Shown: positions 1-13,175 of the stretch, piece after piece
Position numbering within the stretch: the stretch's first letter is position 1
Layout: every line of letters starts with the position of its first letter
Assembly: GCF_001194135.2 (NCBI RefSeq)
Contig: NC_068983.1
Location: 48,711,445 to 48,775,444, forward strand
Length of the DNA: 64,000 bases
Reading direction: 5' to 3'
From: Octopus bimaculoides
Taxonomy: Eukaryota
The notes under the pieces: generated by a model
The model's input: the letters and a program-made list of their open reading frames with translations, nothing else
Database searches by the model: none
What the model was told of the DNA's origin: nothing
Made by a program: the position numbers and the translations under genes

Positions 1-80
1 TTTCATTTCATTTGGTCTCTTACAACTGGAAGTGTTTGAAGACATAATCTTACACTTAGGCATACATACACGTGTGATAT

Positions 81-118
<38 letters not shown>

Positions 119-1895
119 TGAAATTTCTAACAAGATTGGCATATGCTATTTCTGACTGGTTTAGTATATTGTAGTTTAAAGGATGATTTAGCTTAAGTCT
201 TTATTATTTATCTTAAGTCTTTCCAGCTTCGTAAATTTGCATTGAGAAATATACCTCGTAACACTCGTTTAATTCTTTATTCTGCCATCACACTAGCTTC
301 GAAATTATGCCACACAGTCACGTTGTTACATTACAGAACAAAAAAAATTGTTTGAATATTTTACTGTTTCTTTTTCTTTTCTTCAAATCTTATATAAAGT
401 TTTATGACATTACTCTGTTAATAGCTGCCAAATGTAAGAATACAGCATACACACTACATGACAAAATGGCTGTTATTTGATCCGTGTTTAAAAATGAAGG
501 CGAAAATCTACGCATCTCGTGTTACATTTCTCCAAGTCTAGTCTAAAATACAAGAAAATATCACGTAATATTCCTTAAGCTTTTGATAAACGTTGACGAA
601 AAACTGTTTTATATAGCTCATTACATCTAAAATTTCTTCAAATCAATTTCCTTTGTTTATAGCAAGAAGACAATGAAACAGTAAAAAAATACACAATATA
701 TCTCAATTTACTTTTAATGGCTTCATAGTTTTGAATAACAATGGATATTATTGTTTTTCTACTGTTCTTGAGTTAAAATAAACGCAATCATGAGTTGATG
801 TAAGTAACATTAATGCGTACGCCTTCCGTTATAAGGAAAAATGTCTATATTTTCTTATTCTTTTAAACTTTAATATTCTATTTCTAAAATGATATTTTGG
901 CACCGAATTGGTTAGCTATAGAAATTTGGTAATTTACGTACTTTTAATAATGCTGATGTTTAATAGTAGCCTCAATAGTATAGTAGTTTGTTTACGGTGT
1001 TCATCGAGCAAAAAATATCACGTATGTATATATAAAAATTTAAAAGTTTATATACATACATGAATATATATGTACATATATAATCAAACACGTGTGTATA
1101 TATATAATATACATGTATGTATATGCATACATAGACATACATTTAATATATATAATGGAGAGAAAGAAGGAAATAATTTTTGGTAATTATAAGAATTGTA
1201 TTAGGAAGAGTCCATGTAAATCATCCTTGGTAAGTGGAAATTAGAAAACACTACAATTGTTCTTAGACATTATTGCAAGCAAAAGAATATATAAACACTT
1301 CAAGTTCTTAATTCTAAAAATACATATTCTATTATACCGGTCGAACTGCATGAGATCAGGTAGCATTAATCTATCAAAATGTAGACGTGTATGTGTAAAT
1401 AAATAAATATATATATATATATATATAAACCTGTGTGTGTGTGTGTGTGCGCACGCACACACACACATACGCCCATAATATATATATATATATATATANN
1501 NNNNNNNNNNNNNNNNNNNNNNNNNNNNNNNNNNNNNNNNNNNNNNNNNNNNNNNNNNNNNNNNNNNNNNNNNNNNNNNNNNNNNNNNNNNNNNNNNNNN
1601 NNNNNNNNNNNNNNNNNNNNNNNNNNNNNNNNNNNNNNNNNNNNNNNNNNNNNNNNNNNNNNNNNNNNNNNNNNNNNNNNNNNNNNNNNNNNNNNNNNNN
1701 NNNNNNNNNGTATGTATATATATATAAATATATATATATATACTTATGTATAGATATAGATGTACGAGAGTAAGTAAGAAATTGTAGATATTCATTTTTG
1801 GAGTACGCATCAGCCGATATAGTATCATGCACATCTACTGCACTCAACTGTTGTAAAGAATCATTTTTAACGTAAAATTGTGAAATGTACTTACC

Positions 1896-2300
1896 AGTGA
1901 CTGTGTGGTAAGTAGCATGCTTACCAACCACATGGTTCCGGGTTCATTCCGACTGCGTGGCACCTTGGGCAAGTGTCTTCTACTACAACCTCGGGTCGAC
2001 CAAAGCATTGTGAGTGGATTTGGTAGACGGAAACTGAAAGAAGCCCATTGTATATATGTATTTATAAGTATGTGTGTGTGTGTATACATTTGTGTATCTG
2101 TGTGTGAATCCCCAGCATCGCTTGACAACCGATGGTGGTGTGTTTACGTCTCCGTAACTTAGCGGCTCGGCAAAATAGACCGATAGAATAAGTACTATGC
2201 CTCCAAAGAATAAGTCCTGGGGTCGATTTGCTCGACTAAAAGGCAGTGCTCCAGCATGGCCGCAGTCAAATGACTGAAACAATTAAGAGAGTAAAAGAGT
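1896..2300 (+). mobile_element. SINE family A, near full length (tRNA-like head, internal TA/TG microsatellite, conserved 3' tail)
   Basis: Head GTGGTAAGTAGC...GGTTCCGGGTTCATTCC; tail GGTGTGTTTACGTC...GCTCCAGCATGGCCGCAGTCAAATGACTGAAAC; collinear with at least 10 other copies in this window. Confidence 0.92.
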
Positions 2301-2390
2301 GATAAACATATATTCACATATACACATAATTGCAAACACATATGAATTTGAATATACACACATCTGCGTGTATGCATGTATGTGGATATA

Positions 2391-2426
<36 letters not shown>

Positions 2427-2592
2427 CGTACACACACACACACACACAAACATAGTACACACACACACATATAGAGCTGGGACAAAGTTCGTGTAGGAGT
2501 GGTGACGTGAAACGCTCCAGACAGAGGAAATCAGAAAGACCACGTTGACGCTCCATAATGATCGCAGCTGCAAGGCTTAAACGAGTAAAAGA

Positions 2593-2627
<35 letters not shown>

Positions 2628-2859
2628 AGCAATACAAACGCACAGATTGAAGGATTGTTCAATATACAATAAAACATTATTAGCGAAATCACGAACGCTA
2701 TATTGTGCTTTATTATTTTTATATGCCTTCAGAATAATACGTCGATAACCGCTGACATTATTGCCAGACGTTAAGAAAAAATGCATGGGCGTCATTCTCA
2801 CTAATAGCGCACAAATGTTCACGCTACGGCATGTACTGTGTGTATCGAAGTATATATAT

Positions 2860-2897
2860 GCACCAGCATGACCGCAGCCACTTGGCTGAAACACATA
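2860..2897 (+). mobile_element. SINE family A, 3' tip fragment
   Basis: GCACCAGCATGACCGCAGCCACTTGGCTGAAACA is a diverged match to the family A tail. Confidence 0.6.
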
Positions 2898-3250
2898 AAT
2901 AAATAAATAAATATGTCTGTGGAACTATATTCATAACTGCACATACGTACGTATGTATGTGCACATGTATGTGTGTAGCCATGTTTATGTTTTTGTTATA
3001 TATCGAATCAAAATTAATATATAAATACATAGTGATAAAGAAATTATAGGATAGGTACGAGACCAAAGTAATCAGATTCGTTTCCTTAGGTTGGGGAATT
3101 TTGCCAAATGCACACATACACACACACACACATTTGTAATATATACATATGTACAAAGACACAAACACTCACACACACACAGAGACACACACATATCTAT
3201 AGACATATATGTATATATACATATATATACACATATACATACATGTATGT

Positions 3251-3301
<51 letters not shown>

Positions 3302-3462
3302 CGTGTATGTGCGTATGTAAACTTGTTTACCAATAAACGTTATAATCGTTTCTATTCAGTATCATAAGAAAGAGAATGGTATTTATTCAATTTCTTTCGT
3401 TTTCTAACAAAATATTTCATTTCCATTATGCGCATATATATATGTATATATAATTATATATT

Positions 3463-3679
3463 TTATTCTTTTACTTATTTCAGTCATTTGACTGCGTCCA
3501 TGCTAGGGCATCGCCTTTGGTCGAACAAATCGCCTCCAGAACTTAGCCTTTGTAAGACAAGTACTTAATTTATCGGTCAGTTTTGCCGAACCGCTGATGT
3601 TACAGGGACTTCAGCACACCAATATCGGTTGTCAAGCGATGATGGTGGGGTGGAGGGGACAAACACACACATACATATA
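3463..3679 (-). mobile_element. SINE family A, 3' half
   Basis: Reverse complement of the family A tail (TTTCAGTCATTTGACTGCGTCCATGCTAG...TTTGCCGAACCGCT); ends in the CA/TA tract. Confidence 0.88.
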
Positions 3680-3681
3680 TA

Positions 3682-4150
3682 CAGTATGTCCCAAACATCG
3701 CTGATGGGATTCAATTTTTAATAACGTCCATAACTTTACAAATAAATGCATGAAATTTTCATGCAATATAAAGGACATAATGGAATTAATATGCACCAGT
3801 CACATTTTGCAAAACCACTTTACCACATATGAAAAATGACATTGCTCAAACTTTCACCATAAGACCCTTGAGAGTTCCAGACCCCACTTCTCTGTTTCTC
3901 TATTGATACTCTCCCTCAGTTGCACCATAGTCTCCGGTTTGCTGACGTAAACCCACTTTTTCAGATATACCTACAAGAAAAAAACTGGGCTAGTCAAGTC
4001 TAGGGAACATGAAAGTCAGTTGATATTGTCGTAGCGCAAGATTATCCTCTCTCCAATGCACTGGCGTAGCAACTGCGTTGCTTCTCTTGTGGTATGAGCC
4101 GTTGCCCCATCTTGTTGGAACTATGTGTGAGGTCTACTTTGGATGGTCTT
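3682..4150 (-). mobile_element. Tc1/mariner-superfamily DNA transposon, 3' relic with terminal inverted repeat
   Basis: Minus strand reads *FQQDGATAHTTREATQLL and SLDLTSPVFFL*VYLKKWVYVSKPET (cf. WFQQDGATAHT and SPDLTPLDFFLWGYLK); TA followed by CAGTATGTCCCAAA at 3680-3695. Confidence 0.85.
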
Positions 4151-4189
4151 GACGCTCTCTAGATTTGACTAGTCGGAATCTGACAATGT

Positions 4190-4864
4190 GTGTGACAGAT
4201 CCAATTGCTTTCCTTAAACGATACCGGAGCCAGGATGAATTTTGAATTCATCACTTTGAGCCCAAGAAAAATAGACAATTCATGCAGTGGGAACACCCTT
4301 CCTCACTTACTCTAAAGAAGACCAGTTCGTTTCATTGCAGGGACAGCCTTTTTTTTTTTTGAGGATGCAAAAAACATTGTTTTTATTGATTATCTTCAAA
4401 AAGGTTACAGCATCAACGGAGAGTACTATGCCAAATTGTTGAGCTAGTTACGAAAGTCTATCAAGACAAAACGCTCAGGAAAACCGACGGTCTTGCTTCT
4501 TCAGAACAGTTGCTTCAGCACACAAGTCCTTGTTTTAATTGATGCTGTGAATGACTGGCTTTGAACTGATTGATCGTCCCATCTCTTCTCCTGATTTAAC
4601 TACATCTGATTATCATTTATTCCCTAACATGAAAACAAAAAAACTCGGTTGGGAACCAGTATCGTAGTATGTCGTCGTGTGTATTGTTGATTACCTTTTC
4701 GACCATAAGGATGAAGATATCTTCACCAATGTGATAGAAGCAATGCAACACCAATGGAAAAAAATGTGGACCGCAGATGGTAACAATGTTGCAAAACATA
4801 CCTCATTTAGTCACATGCCATGACAGTATCTTGGTCAACCTATCAACTATTCACTTGTCCTTCG
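4190..4864 (+). mobile_element. mariner transposase relic, catalytic and C-terminal half with 3' TIR
   Basis: Frameshifted matches to IHHFEP...QFMQWEHP, FFEDAKNIVFIDYLQKGYSINGEYYAKLL and SPDLTTSDYHLFPNMK; ends ...CCTTCG followed by TA, a mariner-type end. Confidence 0.85.
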
Positions 4865-5717
4865 TATTATCAAATACGTCGTATCGTTATTATATATGTC
4901 CTCGTAAATCGTCGAATATTTTTTCTTCTTTAAAAAAATGTCGATGTTTGCAAAATGAAAGAATTTATTATAGTCGCAGTGCACTACATAACGCTTAAAT
5001 ACAAAAAAAGAAGTCTATATATCTAAGTTCAAAAGGCCATCGGATATATTACACACTACTAGTTCTTTCAGATTCTTCGCATTATTTCGCTCATATACCG
5101 TATAAAGAAAGTTGCATTCAAAAGTTTCTACATACAAAATCGAAGCCAAAAATGAGTTGGAACATCTTGTTGAATATAATGATACAAATTTGGAGCAAAA
5201 GTTTTTATTTGTAAAATCTAACAGCTTTCTTATTTCTTCGCATTTCATGCGAAAAAAGGAAGCAAATCACAAGACACGAGAAACAAGACACTTATAGCTG
5301 GTTATACTAACTGGTGAGTCTAGAAATGAATCAGACTGGACAATTGATGTCATTAATAACAAATGGAAGTTGTGGTGGTGTTTGTGGCTGGCGGGGAGAT
5401 AAATATTTTTTCTGTTTGTTTTTTTTTAAGCTTTATGTTAGTTGGTAATATAAAATATGTTATTTATTGACTTGTTAAATGGATGTCTGCAAAATATCCT
5501 CTATGTCACTTATAAAAGGAAACAAAAGCAACAAAAAGAAGCGAAAGTGAATATGAAACCACAAACACAAAGATGATTCACAAATTGTAATGGAATACAA
5601 CAAATATAAACGAAATGATTAATGAATAGCATAGTTTCAGAAATAAGTTCATGAGTTGAGAATTTTAATGCCATTACGTGATTAGACTGTTCATCACGTA
5701 CACACATCCAATGTCAT

Positions 5718-5755
<38 letters not shown>

Positions 5756-5939
5756 AGAAACAGTGTGGCCATCACATGACCTTACACATACACTGCTACA
5801 TGGCATATACTTACATGCATGTCATCGTAGACGAACAAAGCACATCAACATATACCGCGTTTAGTAAAGTGGGTCATGCGCTGAAGAGATTCGCATGTAA
5901 ATGAGTCACGTGTTACATTTTTTATTCATGTTAGCGGAC

Positions 5940-6125
5940 AGTTGCTGCTTCTGCTATTGCTGCTACTACTGCAGCTGCTGCTGCTACTACTGGTGATGAG
6001 CTCATCCTGTTCCTAACCATGATCATTATAATGTTGACCATCATGATAAGGCTCTTGGGGTAGTGAAGGAGAATGTATTTATCATTGTCGATGATGATGA
6101 TGATGAAGATAATGGTAGTGGTTTT
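5940..6125. repeat. Degenerate trinucleotide (GCT/ACT/GAT) low-complexity tract
   Basis: Runs of GCT/ACT and GATGATGATGAT; short open frames only, no splice support. Confidence 0.7.
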
Positions 6126-6254
6126 AATGGGGGAATCTTCTGTCTTTGTCACTGGCCAGACTGCAACTGCCCCTGTTGAACTATTTGAATTAATATAATA
6201 TCTATTCTATATACACCAGTCCATTTTCTATACTCCTACTTCATATATGAGTCC

Positions 6255-6390
6255 ATTTCTTCTGGCTTCTGCCGCGATTTCATTTACTAAATTTACTCAC
6301 AACATATTTTCTATCCCGAATTTGTACCAGAAGGCATTCACGCAATGCGTGACGCTGTAGAACTGAACACGAAACCCTGTTGCTAAAATA
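6255..6390 (-). mobile_element. Old, diverged SINE family A head fragment
   Basis: CTAAATTTACTCACAAC...GAACTGAACACGAAACC resembles the reverse complement of the family A 5' part. Confidence 0.5.
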
Positions 6391-6400
6391 AATGAATAAC

Positions 6401-6560
6401 ATAGGCGTAGGAGTGGCTGTGTGGTAAGAAGCTTGCTTCTTAACCACATGGTTTCTGGTGCAGTCCCACTGCGTGGCACCTTCGGCAGGTGTCTTGTACT
6501 ATATCCTAAGGCCGACCAAAGTCTTGGGAGTGGATTTGGTAGACGGAAACTGAAAGAAGC

Positions 6561-6648
<88 letters not shown>

Positions 6649-6870
6649 CATATATGTATGTTTGTTGTTTGTGCCTGTTTGTTGCCCTACTATCATTTGA
6701 CAACCGATGTTCGTGTGTTTACATCCCCGTCATTTAGTGGATCAGCAAAAAAAAAAACAGAATAAGTACTAGACTTAAAAAGAATAAGTCCTGGGTTCGA
6801 TTTATTCAACTAAAGGTGGTGCTCCAGCATGGCCGCATTCAAATGACTGAAACAAGTGAAAGAGTCAAAG
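6401..6870 (+). mobile_element. SINE family A, full length
   Basis: ATAGGCGTAGGAGTGGCTGTGTGGTAAG head, long internal (TA)n, tail ending GACTGAAACAAGTGAAAGAG. Confidence 0.93.
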
Positions 6871-7933
6871 CGGTAACCCAAATGACTATACGTGCACCAT
6901 TACACTAAATCATGAAATTGCGTGTACACATATACAATGTCTATATAAATGTCTATATTAAATTTCTTACACATCGCTACGTGCACAAACAGACAAACAC
7001 AATCCCACACAGACAAGATCGATGTTTATCTTGGTTATTCCGTCCATATTTTAGACGTACCCAATACCTTCCAATTCACATGATGACTTGGAAACACTTT
7101 TGAAAGTCTTAAACAACTTTTATCACACAGTGTTTATGTCGTATAACATTTATATCAATATCCCAAGTGCAACATATCCATTTGTCTACTTATTACACTA
7201 AGATACATTTCTAACCGCAAAATTTCGTCGTGCATTTCTGATTCATGTTTAAATATTTTAGAATATTTTAGCAATATATTACGTATGAAGTGTTGATATG
7301 ACTAGAGCTGGTGCAGTTTGCCGCGCACAATTCACCTAACCATTGAAGACGAAACAATAAAACAACAAAATACATCCAGTACCAAGTAGATATCACGATT
7401 AAGATAAGCACTATAATACTTTGATTACATATTAGACTCTGGAAAGAAATAAAGATGACTTCTTGACAATACCTTCATATATTTGTTGTTGCCCACAACT
7501 AAATATTTTTTCAAAACCTTTGAAATGAATATTTCATATTTTCTATATATGTTTTTATCTAATGTCTATCAAATTTCCCAGTCTTCAGTTACTCTTGACT
7601 AAAACAAGGATATGTTGCGCAGATGTATTTGAAAAATGCTTTAATTTGTGTTGATTTTACAAGTTCTTTCAGTCAATCTATTGGATGACATACCAGTATT
7701 TACTTTTAAATTGTTACCTTACAGCATAGGCTTCTCATAAGTTCATTATAAATTAACAACAACGAGGTGGGAATAAATTATTAGTTTATAATGCACCCGC
7801 AAAATTTGGCCCTTCTCTGTGTGTCCTACGTGTACTTTTTTAGCAATCGTTNNNNNNNNNNNNNNNNNNNNNNNNNNNNNNNNNNNNNNNNNNNNNNNNN
7901 NNNNNNNNNNNNNNNNNNNNNNNNNNNNNNNNN

Positions 7934-7962
<29 letters not shown>

Positions 7963-7964
<2 letters not shown>

Positions 7965-8068
7965 GCGCCCTTTTAAACACTAGCCAGACTTATGGGCCGG
8001 GTTTCTATGACGTATTTGTTTTCCCCCCATCTGGACGGGACGCCAGTCCATCGCAGCTTTGCTCAAGA
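7963..8068 (-). mobile_element. SINE family C, partial and internally deleted
   Basis: Shares CGCCCTTTTAAAC, ATGGGCC and GGACGGG.CGCCAGTCCATCGCAGC...TTTGCTCAAGAA with the copy at 10205-10448. Confidence 0.75.
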
Positions 8069-9191
8069 AACAGGAAGAAAGACTGAAAGAAAGTTGGGGC
8101 GAAATAGTACAACAGGGGTCTCTTCTATGTCTTTAATTATAATTGTATTTCATACTATTGTAAATCTGTAAATATGAATTTACCTGAATAGATCTATTTT
8201 ATATCCTGGCCACTGATAAAACTTTTAACGATTTGTTCTTTTATTATATACATATATAAAAGTATTAACGTTAATGGATAGGTGTTATATAGCTAATATT
8301 ATTAAACTGGTGTAAACGAATAGAATAAACATTTACTCTCTCACCTCTCTTATCTGTTCTACAAAATTAAAATATGATGCATAATATATTTGTTGTTACA
8401 GCGACAGATTAAATCTACATCACCCGAGCTCTGCAAATTGCATAAGCTATTTTCATATAAAACGCGTATTCATGCATCATCGTTTCTCATAAAAGTGGAC
8501 TCCGGAAGTGATCTCGTGGAGCCTCCGATATTGATATATCGGTACTTCCCATCTCATTCCACAAATATGTTCCATTTTCACCTGCGTGAAAACTCACTAG
8601 CTTCCGTGCTCGTTTACGTTACAGTGTCAATTATTGATCTTCGCAGCTTGAAATATATTCCCTCTTTATTACATTTTGCTTAGACTCAAAGTATTTCTGT
8701 AAATATCGAAGTATTTATATATATTTGAACTTAGATTCCTTTTGAACTATAATAGATAAGTTTTACGTGTGTGTATTTGTGTGTGTGTATAATAAAAACC
8801 AGTCGTAATGATAAGTGATATGTTTATTTAACCACTTGTCACCCGTAGGAGTACGGCCGTTTCGAAGCCTTCATCATGTAATATTAGTTCCAGTGTATAA
8901 TAAACCATGTTAACATATCTGCACTAATACGCAAGCTACGAGTTATACAATAGAATTGTATATTTGCAAACCAGTGGAGATAAAGAATGCTAGCTCTTCA
9001 GATAACCAGAACATCACGATTGAAACAATCCTTCAACGGAAAGTATACATACAATTTTCGTATTTATAGATTCCTATATTGTATGTTTCCTGTGATAGCC
9101 ACACGATTCTATGATATATATATATAATGTGTGTATGTATTACCGCTGATGATGATAATATCTATATGAATATTAGTTTAAACATTTACTC

Positions 9192-9233
<42 letters not shown>

Positions 9234-9713
9234 CACTGAAGTTGTTCTGAACTAGGCGCAGGACAGTTCATAACGCCACGGATTCCAACGAGTCGAGTTT
9301 CGATTTTCATACGGTGATGCTTGCTGAGCAGAATTAAGACAGTGGCCAGAATTGGAGATCATGATCCAAGTATATCCCATTAACCATTCTGCAGCTTTGA
9401 GCTGTGATGATTTGCAAATTCTTATTTGTTTGCCCGACTTCTGTTGATCCGTCGTGTATTTCAGTGTAATTCGGTGGTTTAGCTGAGGATTTATCTTCTC
9501 TTTCGAGCAAGTTAGTGCCTCGTGTGTCCTCTATTCTTCTTCTTCTTCTTCTTCTTATTCTCTTGGTATTTGACGCTATTATTGCTTGTTACTACCTATA
9601 TTTTTATTATCAATTATTTATATTTACCATTGATAATAATAGCAATAGTAATATATGAATATTCCTATGAATATTTACTCATTTATACACACATATTTAC
9701 ATACACACACACA

Positions 9714-9752
<39 letters not shown>

Positions 9753-9778
9753 ACGCGCGCGCGCACACGCACACGCAC

Positions 9779-9832
<54 letters not shown>

Positions 9833-10204
9833 GTATATATANNNNNNNNNNNNNNNNNNNNNNNNNNNNNNNNNNNNNNNNNNNNNNNNNNNNNNNNNNN
9901 NNNNNNNNNNNNNNNNNNNNNNNNNNNNNNNNNNNNNNNNNNNNNNNNNNNNNNNNNNNNNNNNNNNNNNNNNNNNNNNNNNNNNNNNNNNNNNNNNNNN
10001 NNNNNNNNNNNNNNNNNNNNNNNNNNNNNNNNNNNNNNNNNNNNNNNNNNNNNNNNNNNNNNNNNNNNNNNNNNNNNNNNNNNNNNNNNNNNNNNNNNNN
10101 NNNNNNNNNNNNNNNNNNNNNNNNNNNNNNNNNNNNNNNNNNNNNNNNNNNNNNNNNNNNNNNNNNNNNNNNNNNNNNNNNNNNNNNNNNNNNNNNNNNN
10201 NNAT

Positions 10205-10448
10205 ATAAATTCGCCCTTTTAAACCGTAGCCAGGCTCATGGGCCCGGTTTCCCGGTTTCAATGGCGTATGTGTTCCACAGTTGGACGGGTCGCCAGTCCA
10301 TCGCAGCGTTACTCATTTTTTGCCAGCTGAATGGACTGAAGCAACGTGAATTGAAGTGTTTTGCGTTTTGCTCAAGAACACGACGCGTCGCCCGGTTCAG
10401 GAATTGAAATCACAACCTTACGATCATGGTGCTAAACCACGCGCCTTC
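10205..10448 (-). mobile_element. SINE family C (tRNA-like head; CTGCGATGGACTGGCG central motif reminiscent of V-domain SINEs)
   Basis: Minus strand GAAGGCGCGTGGTTTAGC...GTGATTTCAATTCCTG (degenerate A/B boxes); second copy at 7963. The V-domain likeness is from memory only. Confidence 0.78.
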
Positions 10449-12029
10449 ACTTTATATATGCATATAAAGTACAGACTCACTCGCTTCAGGTTTTAATTAA
10501 TATGTAACAATTGTTTTAAGTGCACATATACTTAAAAGCAATTGTTAGCACGTGAGCAAAATTTGCTTTTCTTCCTCTTCATAGACAGTCTAGATTCAAA
10601 TTTCTGTGAGGAATAAGAACTATGTCGGCAGCATGAAATTCCTTCAGAACTTTTGTTTTTCTATTTTCTTTTAGGCGCTACATTCGTATAATTTGACGTA
10701 AGTGTTAAATTTCTTATGCTACATTTTAGTGATCATCTTGATCTATATGCGTCTGAGATACTGGTGATTCTTAATATGGATAAAACTATATAACTGAAAA
10801 CTGATAGCAAATTAAAATGCATATTATCCAATCACACCCATACGACGAGTGACCTTATCCTTTTTTATAGCTTATTTCTTAACAAGTCTGAATATATACA
10901 TAGAAAATAGTATATAATATTATCACTGGATAACGTGACGATATCTCTATATGAAAATGCATAGAAAATAGCATAGGAATGTTACAAAAGTGATAGATAT
11001 CATCGACTTCTCCACAATCACGTGGGAATTGCTTGTCCAGACTTAAAGGTGATTAAATCGAGCTGTCCGTATATATTAATTAAAGACTGGAGCGAGTGAG
11101 TCTGTACTACTACAGATATTTCGATTCTTTCACATCAAATAGAAAAACTATCAAAGTAACATTATTTGAAATGTCCTGTCCTGTTTAGTCCATTGAGCTA
11201 TATAAACGAAGTATAAGAGTAAAGGCATGTTTTCACAAAAAGGGTAAGTGTGAAGTATAATACTCTATCGTCGGCTTATTTTTTATTGAAGCACTTTAAA
11301 TAATGTAACAATTATCAATATGTATATGCGAGTTAAACACCATGAATCTGCATTACTTCGTAGATATCTTCAATGACGTATTGCGTTTAAAAACAGCTTT
11401 TCTCAAAACTAGGCGTAACGAAATCGTCTCGGAAATGAAAGATAATGACACACATATTTTGAAATCATTTCCTCTCTTCAGTAGCATGCACTCACCCACT
11501 ACTGAAACGATATGGATCATGCAGAAAAATATGAGTATACAAACGATGTAAAAGATATTTCTTGATGAACAAATGCGTTGCACAAGCAAAACAGAATTAG
11601 AATATTTCATTCGCATAGCTTAACATAACAAATTTGAAATCAAAACACTTTTGAAATGAGAGGTACTTGCTTACATTCCGTGAATACAGTAGCAGGATAG
11701 GCGACAGCAAACTTTGAAGGAAATAGAGTTAATACCTTCAACTGAAAACCGATATAAAATCAATGCAGACCTAATTACAAAAGTAGGCGTATTCCTTGAA
11801 GGAGCATCGGGATCAATAACTGATCAACGGAGAAGATTGTTCGAAACAACGAACACATCACGTCAACAGTAGTAGCAGGCCTTAACAATACTGAAAGCAG
11901 CCTTGAAGCTTCAAATAAAAATATAACAGTAAGTTCTCAAGATATAAGATCCCAAACTTTTGGCTAAACTATTGAGTAGGGAAGCATTAGTTTATAATAA
12001 AAATGATTAATAAAATACAGAAACACATC

Positions 12030-12550
12030 AACATATCGGAGAGAGGAACACATTATTAATCCCCAGGTCTAAAGACACAACATTAATACCTACGAAGCTA
12101 TAATCTATATGCCTACAGCTTACATGGTCTTAACAACAATAATATTGCCTTGAAGGAATAGACATATAACGAGAATAACAACATCTGTTATCTTAAGAGC
12201 GAAAAGGCTGATGCTAACGCTTATACGGCTGTAAAGATCTATTACTGAATACAATATTCACCGAAATCTACGAAGAAAAATAAAGAACTTAGTAATGTAG
12301 GGATTAAAAATCAGATGGCTTATTGTCAATGTTGCTCTCATGTGGATATAGGAATTAATAGCCACAATTTTTTTCAACAGTTATTAGTTATACTTGAAGA
12401 GTTATTATGTTACTGTTACAATACACTCAGCTGGACAATAAATGATGCAGCAGATCGATGCATAAAATTCAAGGAAAATTAATACATGACAAAACTAAAT
12501 AACAGCATTACAAATACACCAACGGAAGATTATGTTTAATAAGAACTAGG
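12030..12550 (+). mobile_element. Highly decayed R4/Dong-clade non-LTR retrotransposon RT fragment
   Basis: Frames give TTLIP, ERKG*C*RLYGCKDLLLN (cf. EQKGC..G.KDQLL), SWT..QIDA*NSRKIN and GRLCL, in the same order as in the element at 33680-35750. Confidence 0.55.
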
Positions 12551-12573
12551 AATACAACCACGCATATATTTTT

Positions 12574-12616
<43 letters not shown>

Positions 12617-12619
<3 letters not shown>

Positions 12620-12940
12620 GGCGTAGGGGTGGGTGTGTGGTAAGAAGCTTGGGCGTCGAACTGGCAGAAACGTTAGCACGCCGGGCGAAATACTTAGCGG
12701 TATTTCGTCTGCCGCTACGTTCTGAGTTCAAATTCCAACGAGGTCGACTTTGCCTTTCATCCTTTTAGGGTCGATTAACTAAGTACCAGTTACGCATTGG
12801 GGTTGATATAATCGACTTAAACCGTTTGTCTGTCCTTGTTTGTCCCAACCATATGTTTCTGGGTCCAGACTCCCTGCATAGCACCTTGGCCAACCAAAGC
12901 CTTGAATGGATTTGGTAGACGGAAACTGAAAGAATCCCGT

Positions 12941-12995
<55 letters not shown>

Positions 12996-13175
12996 GTATG
13001 TGTATGTTTGTATGTCCGTTTATCCTCCACCATAGCATGAAAACCGATGTTGGTGTGTTTACGTCCCCATAACAGCGGTTTGGCAGAAAAACCCGTAGAA
13101 TAAGTCCTGGAGTTGATTCGCTTGACGAAAGGTGGTGCTCCAGCTTGGCTGCAGTCAAATGACCAAAACTAGAAA
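12617..13175 (+). mobile_element. SINE family A interrupted by a family B insertion
   Basis: Head 12617-12651 (…GGTAAGAAGCTTG) resumes at 12845 (CCAACCATATG…) and runs to the normal tail. Confidence 0.85.
12652..12844 (+). mobile_element. SINE family B nested in the family A head
   Basis: GGCGTCGAACTGGCAGAAACGTTAGCACG head, GAGTTCAAATTCC B-box, GGTCGACTTTGCCTTTCATCC core; matches the copies at 52539, 54540 and 63450. Confidence 0.9.

Noticed and set aside
2460-2580. Minus-strand acceptor-like CCTTGCAG followed by ATG (MERQRGLSDFLCLERF…)
   Set aside because: No convincing donor, the frame runs into a microsatellite, and there is no recognisable homology.
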